64,000 bases of DNA from Dictyostelium discoideum (GCA_000004695.1 CM000152.2:3456001-3520000); one strand, 5' to 3'; positions 11,715-25,829 are shown, counted from the first letter of the stretch. The notes: generated by a model not told the origin, from the letters alone. A program made the numbers and translations.

Positions 11715-12137
11715 GAATTTAAATACAAATTTTACTTCAATTGTTTATGATGACATATCATGTTATACAAGTTTGAGTAATTTGGACTTTACAAATGTAA
11801 TTTTAACTCCAAATATTATTGGAACTCCACCTCAAGTTGGTGTTACATCATATAAAATTAATTTTTATAGTTGCTATGATTTAGGTTTTTATGATGTAAT
11901 ATCTCTTCCAACAAGAGAAGTTCATATTTTAAATTTAATAGAACCATTAAAAACAAATATAACATTATCATCACTATCTTTAGTAAATAATATTGAAATG
12001 TATGAATACTATAGCCCACTTAAATCTTTTCTTTTCCCATATATTATAAATGATTTAAAACACAATATTCCACTTAATGTTATGTTTTTATATGTTTCAA
12101 ACGTACCAAATTTTACATATATAAACCCATCAAATAT
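11715..12137 (+). CDS. Exon 3 of LRR/EGF-like surface protein
   Basis: Acceptor ccttag at 11714. Open frame covers ORF 11773..12141. GTAAGT donor at 12138. Confidence 0.65.
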
Positions 12138-12231
12138 GTAAGTATAAAAAATAAATTTTAAAAATAAAAATAAAAATAAAAATAAAATAAATAAATAATA
12201 ATAAATTAATAAATAAATAAATAAATATTAG

Positions 12232-12381
12232 ACAAATTACATTAGGTCATGGGTTTGATAGAGAATCACTTTTAAATTTTGAAGATTTAACACACATCAA
12301 CAGATCTTTTTCTCTTATGTTCAAAGTTTTAGATGGGTCAATTCAATTCCCTTTCAAAAAGGCAAAAAATTGTCTATCAAT
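12232..12381 (+). CDS. Exon 4 of LRR/EGF-like surface protein (3' boundary tentative)
   Basis: Acceptor atattag at 12231. Frame IQITLGHGFDRESLLNFEDLTHINRSF.... A weak GTTTGT donor at 12382 is needed to keep frame with exon 5. Confidence 0.4.
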
Positions 12382-12460
12382 GTTTGTTTTCTTTTAATTA
12401 TATATTCATTGTTTTTCTTTTTATAATTTTAAATTTATTAATTAAATTAAAATTTAATAG

Positions 12461-12610
12461 GTCAATAACTACATACTTTGATACACCAAATGATTATATT
12501 GATATGAGCAACATTGAAACTCAATTAATACAATTTTCAAATGTGTCATCTTCATTTTCGGTCAATGGAAATCTACCATTTAAAAACTTTAATTTAAAAA
12601 CAAAATCATT
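12461..12610 (+). CDS. Exon 5 of LRR/EGF-like surface protein
   Basis: Acceptor aatttaatag at 12460. Frame matches ORF 12333..12614 (SITTYFDTPNDY...NLPFKNFNLKTKS). GTAAGG donor at 12611. Confidence 0.55.
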
Positions 12611-12632
12611 GTAAGGATTCTTTTTTTTTTTT

Positions 12633-12668
<36 letters not shown>

Positions 12669-12702
12669 CTAATCAATCCTTTTTTTATTTATTTTTTATT
12701 AG

Positions 12703-12828
12703 TAAGTTCAATAATGGTAAATTGAATTCAATACCATTTTTTCAATATTTAACTATTTTAGATTTAGCAGAAAATCAAATAAATTCAGCACTTGGTAAAA
12801 TGGGTGATTATGGTTCATTTAATACATT
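12703..12828 (+). CDS. Exon 6 of LRR/EGF-like surface protein (LRR-like)
   Basis: Acceptor ttttattag at 12702; KFNNGKLNSIPFFQYLTILDLAENQINSALGKMGDYGSFNT; GTAAAC donor at 12829. Confidence 0.55.
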
Positions 12829-12917
12829 GTAAACTTTTTTTTTTTAAATTTTATTTTTTTTTTTTTTTATTTATAAATCTAACAATGTTTTTTTTTTTAT
12901 TATTATTAATAAAATAG

Positions 12918-13117
12918 ATTACTTTCAAAAAATAATTTAACAGGCACACTTGATCAATCGTATTGTTCTTTATCTACATTTGATTTCTCAAATAATTCAC
13001 TATCTGGTCCCATTCCATTATGTTTTGCTTGTTTTTTACCATATTCAGAATTAGCATCTTCAAAATTAAAAACTAAATTAATTGGAAATAATTTTGATAG
13101 TTACACACCTCCATCTT
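12918..13117 (+). CDS. Exon 7 of LRR/EGF-like surface protein (LRR: LDQSYCSLSTFDFSNNSLSGPIP)
   Basis: Acceptor aaaatag at 12917. The LRR consensus LxxLxLSNNxLSGxIP is present. GTAAGA donor at 13118. Confidence 0.6.
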
Positions 13118-13196
13118 GTAAGAATTTCTATGATATATTAATTTTAAAATCTTATTTATATTAATATTGATTTTTTTAATTTTATTTTTTAAATAG

Positions 13197-15121
13197 TCTG
13201 TAATATTATACCAAATTTAAAATCAAATGGAAATAATCAATACATATTATATGGAGATTATGTTGGTACAAGTTTAACTACAATAACTTCAACCTCTATA
13301 TATTGGACATTTAAAAACTATACTTATTTTACAGGTACTTTAAGTGGAACTGCTCCATTAGTTTTTAATATAACCTATAGTGAGATTGGAAAATCATTTT
13401 TTTTATTTACAACCCCAACACCGCCAAATGTAACATATGTTGAACAAACAAATGATTCACCTAATCATTTCCAATTTATTGGTACTTATTTTAACTATAA
13501 TATATCCACTATAGAAATTAAAATTGGTGATAGAATTTGTAATGTACAATCTTCAACATTTTATCAAATTAATTGCTACGTTGATAATGCATTCGCTTCA
13601 AATGAAAAAGATTTAATAACTAGAATTAAAGTTGGTGAACAAATTTCACAAATTACTATAACCCCATATCAAAACAATACTATAATACCATGTGATAGTG
13701 ATTGTAGTAATGGTATTTGCTATACTAATAATGGTACATGTATTGGGTGTCCTTCAAATTGTAATAATGGTAAATGCAATCCTACACTTGGTAAATGTGT
13801 TTGTAATTCAGATTATATTGGTTCAGATTGTTCAATTCCATTACAATATCTAACATCAATTGTACCAATTATTTCAAATTCAGAAGGAACAGTTCAATTA
13901 TTTGGTTTATTTGGTAATGTTAATGATGGTATCTCTATTGAGATTGGTGGAAGAAATTGTAATATTACTTTTATTAATAGTCAAACTATTAATTGTACAT
14001 TAAATGGAGGTAGTGGTTTAGTATCTGTAAATGTTACACAAAATGGTTATACTTGGTTTAAAAAGAATTATTTCAATTATATAATTCCAATTCAAAATTG
14101 TCCAAACAATTGTAATTCTGATAAAACATCTGCTAGTGGTGGTGGTGGTACTTGTGATACAAATATTGGACAATGTATTTGTAAAAATGGATTTGTTGGT
14201 ATTGATTGTTCACCACAAGCTCAAGAAACTATAATTCCAATTTCAAATTCTTCAGTGAATTTAACAACAGGAGTTTCAAAAATTACAAATGAACAAACCA
14301 ATTTTGAAATTAAAGTTATAGCATTATTAGAAATTGATTTAAATGGTAATACAGTTTTAAATCATCCACTTGTAAATAATTGGAATATTGATGAAAATGA
14401 ATCAACAAAACAAGGTCAATATGCATTTTCTCAATTATTAGATACAAATAAAAATTGTAAAGTAGTTACAATTATTGAAGAAGTTTCAAAGGATACTCAA
14501 TATTCATTTGCAGGTGTTAATTTCTTAGTATTTGCAAATTCTTTAAAATTAACTATATCAATTAATAACTATACCTTTATTAGTTCATTAAATTCATTAC
14601 AACTTCAAATTGAATCATTGGTTAGTATTTTACCAACAACAACTACTACAAATAAAGAAAATAGTTGTAAAAATGATGAATCATCATCAAATACTACAAG
14701 TATTGATACATCTGGAATTACAACAGATACAATATTGAATTATATTACAATTGAAAAAAATAATAAAATCTTTACAGGTAGATTCATAAATAAATTATTA
14801 TCAGATGGTAGACCAACATTTTTCTCATCCCAAGTAGTAAATAGAAATAATGAATCCTTAATAATTGGTTTAGATCTTTCTCATTGTTCGAATTGTGTTA
14901 TTGACCCAGATTTCTCAGTATTGGTTTCAAGTTCATTTAAAACAACAACGACAACAGATTGTGAGATAAACAACAAAAATAATTGGAAAATCCCTGTTGC
15001 TGTAGTAATTAGTGTTGTTGGATTTTCAATGATTGTTTTAATATCAATGATAATTTTTAAGAAACATAGAACTCTTATAAAAGTTAAAGTTTTAACAGCA
15101 ATTAAATTAACAAAAAGATAA
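13197..15121 (+). CDS. Exon 8 (large 3' exon) of LRR/EGF-like surface protein: Cys-rich EGF-like modules, a probable IPT/TIG-like region, and a C-terminal TM anchor
   Basis: I checked the frame by hand from 13199 and found it stop-free through CDSDCSNGICYTNNGTCIGCPSNCNNGKCNPTLGKCVCNSDYIGSDCS and CPNNCNSDK...CDTNIGQCICKNGFVGIDCS. It ends with the TM segment IPVAVVISVVGFSMIVLISMIIF and basic KKHRTL. Stop at 15119-15121. The ORF track shows only the last 288 codons (14255..15121). Confidence 0.75.
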
Positions 15122-15531
15122 AATGATTTGTGTCAATACAAAAAAAAAAAAAAATAAAAAAAAAAATAATAATGATAAGTTTTCCAGTTTTTATGGAATT
15201 TCTTTAATTTTAAGGTCGGAACGAACACATATATATATATATATATATATATGGGTGTGATTTTTTTTTTTTTTTATTGCAATAATTTTTTTTTTTTTTT
15301 TTTTTTTTTTTTACTAAAAACACTAACAAAACAAAATTGATCGTTTGTTGTGAATAAAAAAAAAAATTAAAAAATTAAAAAATTTTATAATTAATGGCAC
15401 TAAAGATCTAAAGATGCAACACTTATCGGATTTGAATTGATTAAAATTTTGTTTTTTGGTCAAAAAATTTGGCGGAAAAAATAAAAAAAAAAGGTTTGGT
15501 TGTTGTTGTTGTTGTTGTCGTTTTTTTTTTT

Positions 15532-17130
15532 TCAAGTTTCATGTTCAACAACCGCAGCATGAAAGTAGGAACTTATGGGTCGTCTCGATGGTGAAGCAGA
15601 CCATGTATTTGAAGATATATGATATTTGAAATGAGTTGTGCTTCTATCACCAACCAGATATATAATATTTTGTTCGGAAGGTGGATAAGATTCATCTTTT
15701 CCAATTGTCATTGAAAAACCGAATCTCATGGTGGTAATTGGTGGATAGGCTAAATGATGAATTTCAAAGTTATATAAATTTAAAGTGAAAAATGAATCAA
15801 TGGTTATAATGAAAAAATTTTCACCATCAAAGCAAACACCTTCAATTCTATTTTCGCTTTTATCTAATTTGTCGTAGAGTACTTTGATTTTGTTTGTTTT
15901 TAAATCTAAAACTTCGATATTGTTGATGATTGAGAAATAAGATTCTTCTTTGGTTTTATTTGTGCCACCTATAATATACAAACTATCATTATGTAAAATG
16001 GTGAAACAATAATAACGTGGATGAATTAAAGATACCAATGTTGTAAAATGTAATGAACCATTTTGTGTAAATGTACACTTTTCGATTTTGGCTGATGTTT
16101 GATTAAATTTAACACCACCAATTAAATAGATGCAATTGTTTTTCTTGTCATAGGTTGCCGACATTGAAGAACCTCCACCATTGGGAATACTGCCTCCATT
16201 TTCCCATTTATTTGTATGTATATTAAACTTTTCGTAGGTTTCTAAACTATCATTTCCACCAAAAATATAGATTATACCATTTGCCAATACACCAGCATCC
16301 GCAACACATGCACGCTTATGTTTTGTGGGTGGCATGAAGGACCATTCATCTTTGTATGGAGTATATTTCACACATCTAGAAAGATGTAGTTTATCTTCCA
16401 TACCACACAAAAAGAAAATTGATTTTACTTTACAAACTGGATCTTCAAAATTTGGTGGTCTACGTGGAGCATTTGCAATTTGTTCCGATACTTCAACTTT
16501 TGTTTCACCATCTAAAGGTAAATGTTGATTTTCCATTTGAGATCTGGAAATAAAAGCCTTGAGGTTGTTTTTGCCCATAGATTGATTAATTTCATCTTCA
16601 CCAGGAGTTTTATCAAGTGCTTCAACTCCAGTTTTAAGATTATCACCACCTTTTGTTTCACCATCTAAAGGTAAATGTTGATTTTCCATTTGAGATTTGG
16701 AAATAAGAGCCTTGAGGTTGTTTTGGCCCATAGATTGATTAATTTCATCTTCACCAGGAGTTTTATCAAGTGCTTCAACTCCAGTTTTAAGATTATCACC
16801 ACCTTTTGTTTCAGAATCAACAGATTGCTGTTGTTTTGTATTGAAAACAGCATTGATTCGTATTATTGATGTTTCGGTTGTTGTTTTATGTGGTGTATGT
16901 TGTGAGTTTTCTTGTTTTATTTGTCTGGAGGAGATATTTGAGGTTTGTTGTTGTTGTTGTTTTTGTTGTTGTTGTTGTTGTTCTTGTTCTTGTTGTCGTT
17001 GTTGTTCTTGTTGTCGTTGTTGTTCTTGATGTCGTAGTCTGGGGGATATATTTGAGGGTTGTTGTTGTTCTTGTTGTTGCTCTTGATGTCGTAGTTGTTC
17101 TTGTTCTTGTTGTAGTTCTTGTTGTAGTTC

Positions 17131-17201
<71 letters not shown>

Positions 17202-18408
17202 CTTGCGTTTTTTCGTTAACTACATTATTTGATTTTTGTTTTTCATAATCGGACGATTGAGAAGATGATGGTAAGACTGGTTTAATGTTTTGGGATGGTA
17301 ACTGTTGAGAAATATATGTTGGTGAAGATTCTGGTGTTGATGTTGTAGTTGCTGTTGGTGTTGGTGTTGATATTGGTGTTGATATTGGTGTTGATATTGA
17401 TGTTAATGTTGATGTTGATGTTGGTGTTGTCGATAATGATGATTCTGATTCCAATGACGATTCAGATTGTGAATTTTCTATTGCTTTTAAAGCACATTCA
17501 CAATCTTCAATAGAATTATTAGAACAATTACAAGTATAAGTTACGAATAATTTACCAAATAGTTTAGTGATTTCATCGGCGGTCTCTTTATTAAAATATA
17601 GTTTATTATGGTGTGTGTCTTTAATTTTTTTTTTTTCGGAATTATATTTATCTATTGTTGGTTCGATGGAACTAATATTACTTATGAAATTTGCAATTTG
17701 GTAAATGTTAAAGTCTGTTTGTCCCAAGGACTTTTCCAACTCTACATGGTCTTTGATTTGCTCATATTTTAATTTCAATTGTTCATAAAAGAATGAGAAT
17801 GTACTATCACTCTTTTGAACTGCTAACTCTATTTGCTTTTTAATTTTATACTCACCCATTTGCACTGATTTTAAAATAACTATGGTTTTTGCTTGAACTG
17901 ATTCCATTTGTTTTTCAGTGTCGTTTTTTAAAATGTCTCTCAGATTTTCAATTTCTTTCGTTAAACTTTCTATATCTTTTTTTAGTGAGGCTGCTGATTC
18001 ACATATTTTCTTTGCAGTGGTTTTTATTATTTCCCTATATTTTTCATCGTCTGGAATTGCAAATGTATGACCATTGTGATTTGTTATAACGCATGTTTGA
18101 CATACTGGAACAGTGCACATTTTGCAAACACTAAAATAAACTTGATTTGCATGTATGTGGCACGGATTAGTTTTTGATTTTACATCATCCACAAGCTGCT
18201 TTAAAAATGTATCGGTTGAATATTTTTTAACATCCACATAGCAATGCGGGCATTTAAAGGTTATCTTTGAAGACCCATCGCTCTCCTTCGCTTTATTTAC
18301 ACACTTTAAACATACACGATGTTTGCACGGTTTAAGTATTTGAGGTTCTATATTTAAGTCCAAACAGACCGGACATAACGTTACAGAACTCATATTCATT
18401 ACTTTCAA
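15532..18408 (-). CDS. RING finger / B-box / coiled-coil / Kelch-repeat protein (TRIM-like RBCC architecture), 958 aa
   Basis: N-terminal C3HC4 RING (CPVCLDL...CKHRVCLKC...CPHC). B-box-like CHIHANQVYFSVCKMCTVPVCQTCVITNHNGH. A long predicted coiled coil follows. The C-terminus carries Kelch-type blades (IYIFGG, IYLIGG, LYIIGG). The middle part holds a poly-Q/(TTG)n tract and a perfect 51-aa tandem duplication. Single exon. Confidence 0.8.
16501..16806. repeat. Two tandem copies of a 153-nt unit inside the TRIM-like CDS (encodes a 51-aa repeat GETKGGDNLKTGVEALDKTPGEDEINQSMG.NNLKA.IS.SQMENQHLPLD)
   Basis: 16501-16653 and 16654-16806 are identical except for about 4 substitutions; period 153 = 3 x 51, so the frame is preserved. 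Confidence 0.9.
16920..17210. repeat. (TTG)n/(CAA)n microsatellite-rich tract (poly-Q/Glu-Gln region of the TRIM-like protein)
   Basis: Long runs of ttgttgttg... seen directly. Confidence 0.9.
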
Positions 18409-18815
18409 TATTTATTTTATTATATCTATTATTGTTATTGTCGCTATTTTTATTATTTATTAAATTTTTATTGTTGTTTTTAGTCGGTACTATTATTATT
18501 ATTATTATTATTACTATTATTAAAAAATCAGGTTCTGGTTGGAATTAAAAAAATTTAATATTAACGTTAATTTTAAAAATTAATAAATATCAATAAAAAA
18601 AAAAAAATAAAAAATAAAAAAAAATAAAAAAAAAATAAAAAAAATTAAAAAATGAAATTAAAAAATCAATAAAAAAAAAAAAAAACCGATTTGTAAAAAT
18701 ACTTTTATAATAATAAATTTTAATTGAAATATATGGGCTGGAAGTTATTTCTATATTATCATAATACCTAAGGATAATTTATTAATATATAATTTTTATA
18801 GAGATATCATATGGG

Positions 18816-18840
<25 letters not shown>

Positions 18841-18863
<23 letters not shown>

Positions 18864-19863
18864 CTCTGAATATAAATACTATTATTATCCACCTACATGA
18901 CTAATTTGTTTTTTTTAATTAATTTTTATTACTATTTATTATTTTAGAAATTCTATTTTCAAAATTGATTAATAGAGTTTTTTTTTTAAAAAAAAAAAAA
19001 AATCTGATCAAACCTTATATTTCTTTTATATATATTGAAAAAAATGTTTGATTTATTATTTATTAAAAAAAAAAAAGAAAAAAAAAAAAATGTGTGGGTG
19101 ATAGAAAAAAAAAAAAAATAAAAAAAAAAAAAATTAAAAAAAAAATCAATTAATTTTTTTTAAGTCAACTCAAAAATTAAAAAAAAAAAAACTACATAAT
19201 ATTTCAAAGAAAAAGAAATAGATTATATCTATTAAATTGAAGTTAAACTCAAAAAAATAAATTTGAGAGGTCTTATTTTATTATTTTTATTTTTTAATTT
19301 TAGTTTTGATTGATATTTTAATATTTAAAATTAAATAATTTTTTTTTGGATAATTATTTTTGTTTTCTTGTTTCTTTGTTGGATACTTTCATTAATAAAT
19401 TTATATAAGATTTATTAAATATGAAATTAATTTTGAAAAAAAACACAATTGTTAATTGTTAATTGTGTCATTAGTTTAGTTTTTAAGAGTTTTGGAGTTC
19501 TTGAGGTTTCAACATTTTCAATTGTTTCAATATAGCCAAAGTTGTATTTTCTTGTTATAGAAATAAAATAAATCTTTATATGGAATTTAATTAGAAATTG
19601 AAAATTCCAAATGAAGATTTTTAATTTATTTATTTCATTTTTATTTATTTATTTTATAATGATTAACACCATTATTATTATTATTATAATTTTTATTATT
19701 ATTATTATTTTCTATAAAATAGATATGGGGATATACAAAGAATAAAGATGGACATTATTGTTTTTTATTTTTATTTAATTTAAAATACCAATTGGTGTTA
19801 ATTATATTAGATAAATAAATAATTTTCTTTCTAAATATGGTGGTAAAAAAACAAAAAAAAAAA

Positions 19864-19894
<31 letters not shown>

Positions 19895-20205
19895 TACACA
19901 TATGTCTCCAAAAAAAACAAAAAAATTTTTTATAAAAAAATCAGGACTTAATTTTATAACAAAAACTATCCCACTGAAAAAATATAAGTATCCCACTTAA
20001 TTTATATATTTTTTTTTAATTTTTTTTGATTTTTTTTTTTTTTGTAAAATTAAGTCTTCCTTAATAAAATTTATTTTTAGTTTTCCAATTGTTCCATTTT
20101 AATTCTGCAGCATTACATTTTTGAATTTCGATTTAATCTTTGATTTTAATGAGTTTGGAAATAATTAATAAGTATACTTATTTTTTTTTTTTTTTTTTTT
20201 TTTTT
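18841..20205. repeat. Copy 1 of a tandemly duplicated AT-rich block (segments Y-Z-W; no embedded gene)
   Basis: aatactattatccacctacatgac (about 18878) matches 20351. ggataattatttttgttttc...ttcattaataaatttat (about 19349) matches 20688. tatcccacttaa appears twice (about 19965 and 19990) and again at 20988/21009. attacatttttgaatttcgatttaatctttgattttaatgagtttggaaataat (about 20111) matches 21160-21225. Identity is roughly 80-90% with indels. Confidence 0.7.
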
Positions 20206-20206
20206 A

Positions 20207-21221
<1,015 letters not shown>

Positions 21222-21245
<24 letters not shown>

Positions 21246-23300
21246 GTATAAAAAATTAATTAATTTTGAATTTCCACTTTTTACAACTTTACGACAAATA
21301 TTAATATCATTATATTGGAATAAATTATTTAAAGCATGATAACTTGTAAATAAAATTGAATTACCAATTAAAATATTTGCATTAATTTTAAATCCAATTG
21401 AATTAATTAAGTCTAGTAATTGATTAAGTATTACATTTGTTAATCTTGTTTTACCATATGTGTAGATATATTTTAAAATTAATTCAATTACTGATATGTT
21501 TCTATCAATAAATGATTGTTCTTCATCTTCAAAATAAAATGTTTGTTGATTATCATTAAATGAACCATCACATTTAAATAATTGAATAATTGTTTCTAAA
21601 AATTCAATTATTTTAATTAAATCTTCATTTGTACCAGTATCGAATTTCTTTAATAATTCAATAGAAACCTTTGGATTGAATTGACACTTTGTTGAAATGA
21701 ATGGGTGAAATGAACTTGAACATGCAATTATAAATAAATTAATATCAACATTAAGATAAGCATGTTCAATTAAAATATTCAATATTTTACCATCACTACC
21801 AAATCTTTCTAAACTTTTATAATCATTAAATTCAATTGAATATTTAATTGATTTTTCAATCCAATAATATTTATCAACCAATAATAATTTCTTGTAATCA
21901 ATTATAATTCTTTTAAAAAATATTGATTTTATAATTTTAATAATTTTATTTTTAATTCCTTCAATTTTAATTAAAGTTATTGATTTTTCATTTTCTTTTA
22001 TATTAATATTATTAAATTCATTTAAAAATTTAAAATAATTTTTATACCCATATAATGAAAAAATTGATTTAATTTCTTTATTTATAATTTTAAAAATTTC
22101 AATACCTTCGAAATTTAATTTTTCAATTTCAATTAAATAAAAAATTATACCAAATAAATTAATTAATTGTTTTTCCCAATTTTCATTTTTATTTCCATTA
22201 TTATTATAATTATTATTTTGATAAATTAAATTTGAAATTAATTTTAAAAATGTCTCTTTATTTTTTAAAGTGAATAAAACATTTTTTTTAATTTTAATAA
22301 ATAATCTTAAAAATAAATTAAATTTAATACCAAATAAATTTGAAATTTTAATTGTAAATTTATTTGGTGTTGGGATTTTATTTTTAAGAAATACTTTTAA
22401 TTAATTTATTATTTGATGTTGATGAAAGTGCAAAATTAATTGACTTTTCATTTAATTTTAAAAATGTAAAATTAAATTTTTTATTTTTATTTTTATTATT
22501 TTTATTATTTTTATTATGATTTTTAAAAAATTTTGAAATTGTTTCAAATGTACCATATTTTAAAATTAAATCAATTAATGATTGAAATGATATTTTATTA
22601 TTAATTGTTAATAGTTCATCATTTATTAAATCATTTATTAATAATTGTGAAATTAATGAATTATTTATGAATTTTAAATTATTATAAATTATATTTATAT
22701 GTTTATTATTATTATAAAATAAAATTAACATTTTTTGATTATTTTCATTTATTGGTTGAATAATTTGAAAGAATTTAATGAAATAATATAAAATATTATT
22801 ATTATTATTATTATTAAAATTATTAAGATTATTTGGATTATAATTATCTTAATCCAAATCAAATTTAAAATTAAATGATGGATTATTTGATTTTATAATT
22901 TTATCAAATAGTAATTGATATTGATTATTGTTTACCATCCATTCAAATTTAATATCATCATATTTTAAATTATTTTTTATTGTTGATATTTCTAATATTT
23001 TATTATTATCAATCATATATTTAATTTTTTTTTCAAAAATATAATTAAAATTTATTTTTCTAATATAACAATTACCCATTACCAATTTATATAATATATA
23101 CATATCTCTAATTTGATGATTCTTATTTTTATTATTATTATCAATTAATATTAATTCATTATTTATTTGAATACTATGATTAAATGAATATTTAATGTTT
23201 GTTGTGGATGTATTATAAATTGACAAATTATTCTTATTAATAAAATTTAGAACCAAATCATTCGATAAAAGATAATGATTGGTTATTTTTGAAATTACCA

Positions 23301-23301
<1 letters not shown>
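21222..23301 (-). pseudogene. Fragmented paralogue of the 8216-10870 hypothetical-protein gene; likely a pseudogene or a gene needing non-obvious introns
   Basis: Three collinear minus ORFs (22849..23301, 22384..22731, 21222..21881) are each ended by stops. The first shares a clear motif run with the N-terminus of the 8216-10870 protein (ILYKLVMGNCYIRKINFNYIFEKKIKYMI...IKFEWMVNNNQYQLLFDKI vs LIIYRNKYLRIKIFHEIKISNKKLKYI...FELLLEWKDLDLSTFIEF). Total coding length (about 480 aa) is far shorter than the intact paralogue. Confidence 0.45.
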
Positions 23302-23346
<45 letters not shown>

Positions 23347-24038
23347 CTATATTTTCTTTTTTTTTATTATTATGAGGATGGAATGGTTGAAAAAAATAAA
23401 TTTTATATTAAAATTTATAAAAAAATTTTATTTTTATTAACAATGACACATATGTAAAAAAAAAAAAAAAATTGTTTTATTATTATTATTATAAAAAAAA
23501 AAAATTAAAAAAAAAAAAAAAATAATAATAATAATTTCAAAAAAATTAATTTTAAATGATGCAATGCACTAATGTGGTAATGGAATTATACGAATCATTT
23601 TTTAACACTCTATTCAATGACTGTTTTTTTTTTAATATATCACTTTCAAGTTGTAAAAAAAAAAACCCCTAAAAAAATAAAAAAAAAATAAAAAAATAAT
23701 CTCTTTTTATATTTTTTGTGTGTGCTCAGTGTTAGACTGAGACAAATATTGCATCAATTCTAAAAATAATATTCATTTTTTGTTTTTTTTTTGAATCAAT
23801 ATTGACCATAAAAAAAAAAATTTTTTTTTTAATATTATTAATTTTAGAAAAAAAAAAAAAAAAACAGGAGATATTATTTAAATTTATTAAAAAAAAAATT
23901 TTGAACGCAACTATAAATAACAATTAAAAATACCCTTTTTTTTTTTTATTAAAAAAATTATAACAATATTTTTTTTTTAAGTTTACTTTTTTTTTTTTTT
24001 TTTTTTTTTAATTTTTACATTTTTTTTTTTTTTTTTTT

Positions 24039-24317
24039 TTAACCATAATTTAGAAATTCTGGATTTGCTTCATAGAAATTATTCAATAATTCAATTTGTG
24101 TATCTTCTATTTCATAGAGTTTAAAATTGATATATTCATTTTCTGAAACCTCTTGATTTTCTATAATTTCTTGATTTTTTAGATCATCTTTTATTTTAAT
24201 TATAAATTTATAATTATAAAAATTTTTAAATTTTGTTTTATTATATTGACACAATATTTTTGATCTTGATATTTTTCTTTTGAAAAAATTTTTAATATTT
24301 TTATTTCTAGAGACCAT
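24039..24317 (-). CDS. Small ORF (92 aa) of unknown function; possibly a lone small gene or a 5' exon
   Basis: ATG in reasonable context (caaagccATGG). Lys-rich product MVSRNKNIKNFFKRK.... No homology that I recognise. Confidence 0.25.
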   Translation of the reverse strand: MVSRNKNIKNFFKRKISRSKILCQYNKTKFKNFYNYKFIIKIKDDLKNQEIIENQEVSENEYINFKLYEIEDTQIELLNNFYEANPEFLNYG

Positions 24318-24682
24318 GGCTTTGAATTTAAAACTATAGTATTTTTGAAAAAAAAAATAAAATAAAAAATAAAATAATTAACAAAAAAATTAAATATTAA
24401 ATATTAAATTTAATTTAAAAATTTAAAGTTTACAATTATTATTTTTATTTTTTGTTTAATGTTTATTTAAAAAATTATTATTGTTATTATTATTATTTAT
24501 ACTTTTTTTAAAAAAGAAAAAAAAAAAAAAATAAAAAAAAAAAATAAAAAAAAAAAAGAAAAAATTGAACCTATTTTTACATTGATATAAAAATATCTTC
24601 AAAGAAAAGGAAAAAAATACAATAATGCATTGTCAACAATATTATGTCGGTTTCATTAAAATTATAACAATACACACTTGGA

Positions 24683-24714
<32 letters not shown>

Positions 24715-24835
24715 AAGCAATTATTCAAGAATAACAATATATTAAAATAGAATTTGTAAATTAATTGATTTTGAATAAAAAAAGAAAATAAAAAATAAAT
24801 AAAAAATAAAAAAAAAAAAATTATGTTTAAGATGT

Positions 24836-24935
24836 NNNNNNNNNNNNNNNNNNNNNNNNNNNNNNNNNNNNNNNNNNNNNNNNNNNNNNNNNNNNNNNNN
24901 NNNNNNNNNNNNNNNNNNNNNNNNNNNNNNNNNNN
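24836..24935. other. Assembly gap (100 N)
   Basis: Run of exactly 100 n characters. Confidence 1.
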
Positions 24936-25216
24936 AAATGATGTTCTGAGGAAACCTAACAACTAAAATAAAAAAAAATCTTTTTTTTTTCAGGAATACT
25001 TTGCACCATAGTCTAAAATTGGAATTTTATTTAATATGATAATGTAGATCTTAATCAAGATTAAATATAACAAAATCTTTTATGAAAAAAATGAAAAATA
25101 TGTTACTAAAAAAATAAAAAAAAAATAATAAAAAAAAAATAATATAAAAAAAATAAAAAAATTGAAATTAATTAATTTCAATTTTTTAGATTAATTTTTG
25201 CACTTTTTTTAAAAAT

Positions 25217-25248
<32 letters not shown>

Positions 25249-25318
25249 GATTTTAAAAAAAACAACCCAACCCCACAGCGATAATAAATAAAAACTATAT
25301 AAAAACAATCAAATAATA

Positions 25319-25829
25319 ATGGCATCATTTAATACTATATTGAAAGTATTTGGAGGTGCCATTGGTGGTGCATTGATTTATTATATAATTACTACTGGCA
25401 ATAATAATAATAATAATGGCAATAGTAATAATAATAATAACAATAGCAATAACACAGAAGAACATCAAAATACAGATAATACAAGTGGATTAACATCAAG
25501 TGGCAGGAGTGGTAGAAGAGCATTAGTCAATAGTATAAATAATAGTAGTAGTGATATTGGATCCATACATAATTTAATAGATTTATTACAAAATACATTA
25601 ATAGAATATATTTTAACACAAGAAACATCACATGTAATCACACTCGATAGTCAAGCAACACTCGATTATGCATTAATGAGAATGAATGAAAGTAATGTTA
25701 CATCCTTACCAATTGTAGACCTTCAACATAAAAAATACATTGGAATGTTATCAATCGTAGATATCGCTACATTTTTAGGTCAATTCCCAAGTGTAGAATC
25801 TCCAAATACACCAGTTGGTGAAGTTTTAA
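25319..25829 (+). CDS. Exon 1 of CBS-domain pair protein (N-terminal TM/hydrophobic segment, poly-N linker, first CBS domain)
   Basis: ILKVFGGAIGGALIYYIITT is hydrophobic. HVITLDSQATLDYALMRMNESNVTSLPIVDLQHKKYIGMLSIVDIATFL fits the CBS consensus. GTAAGT donor at 25830. Confidence 0.75.

Noticed and set aside
16841-17219. Plus-strand ORFs 16841..17029 and 16866..17219 (poly-C/poly-V)
   Set aside because: Antisense reading of the (TTG)n tract inside the minus-strand TRIM-like gene.
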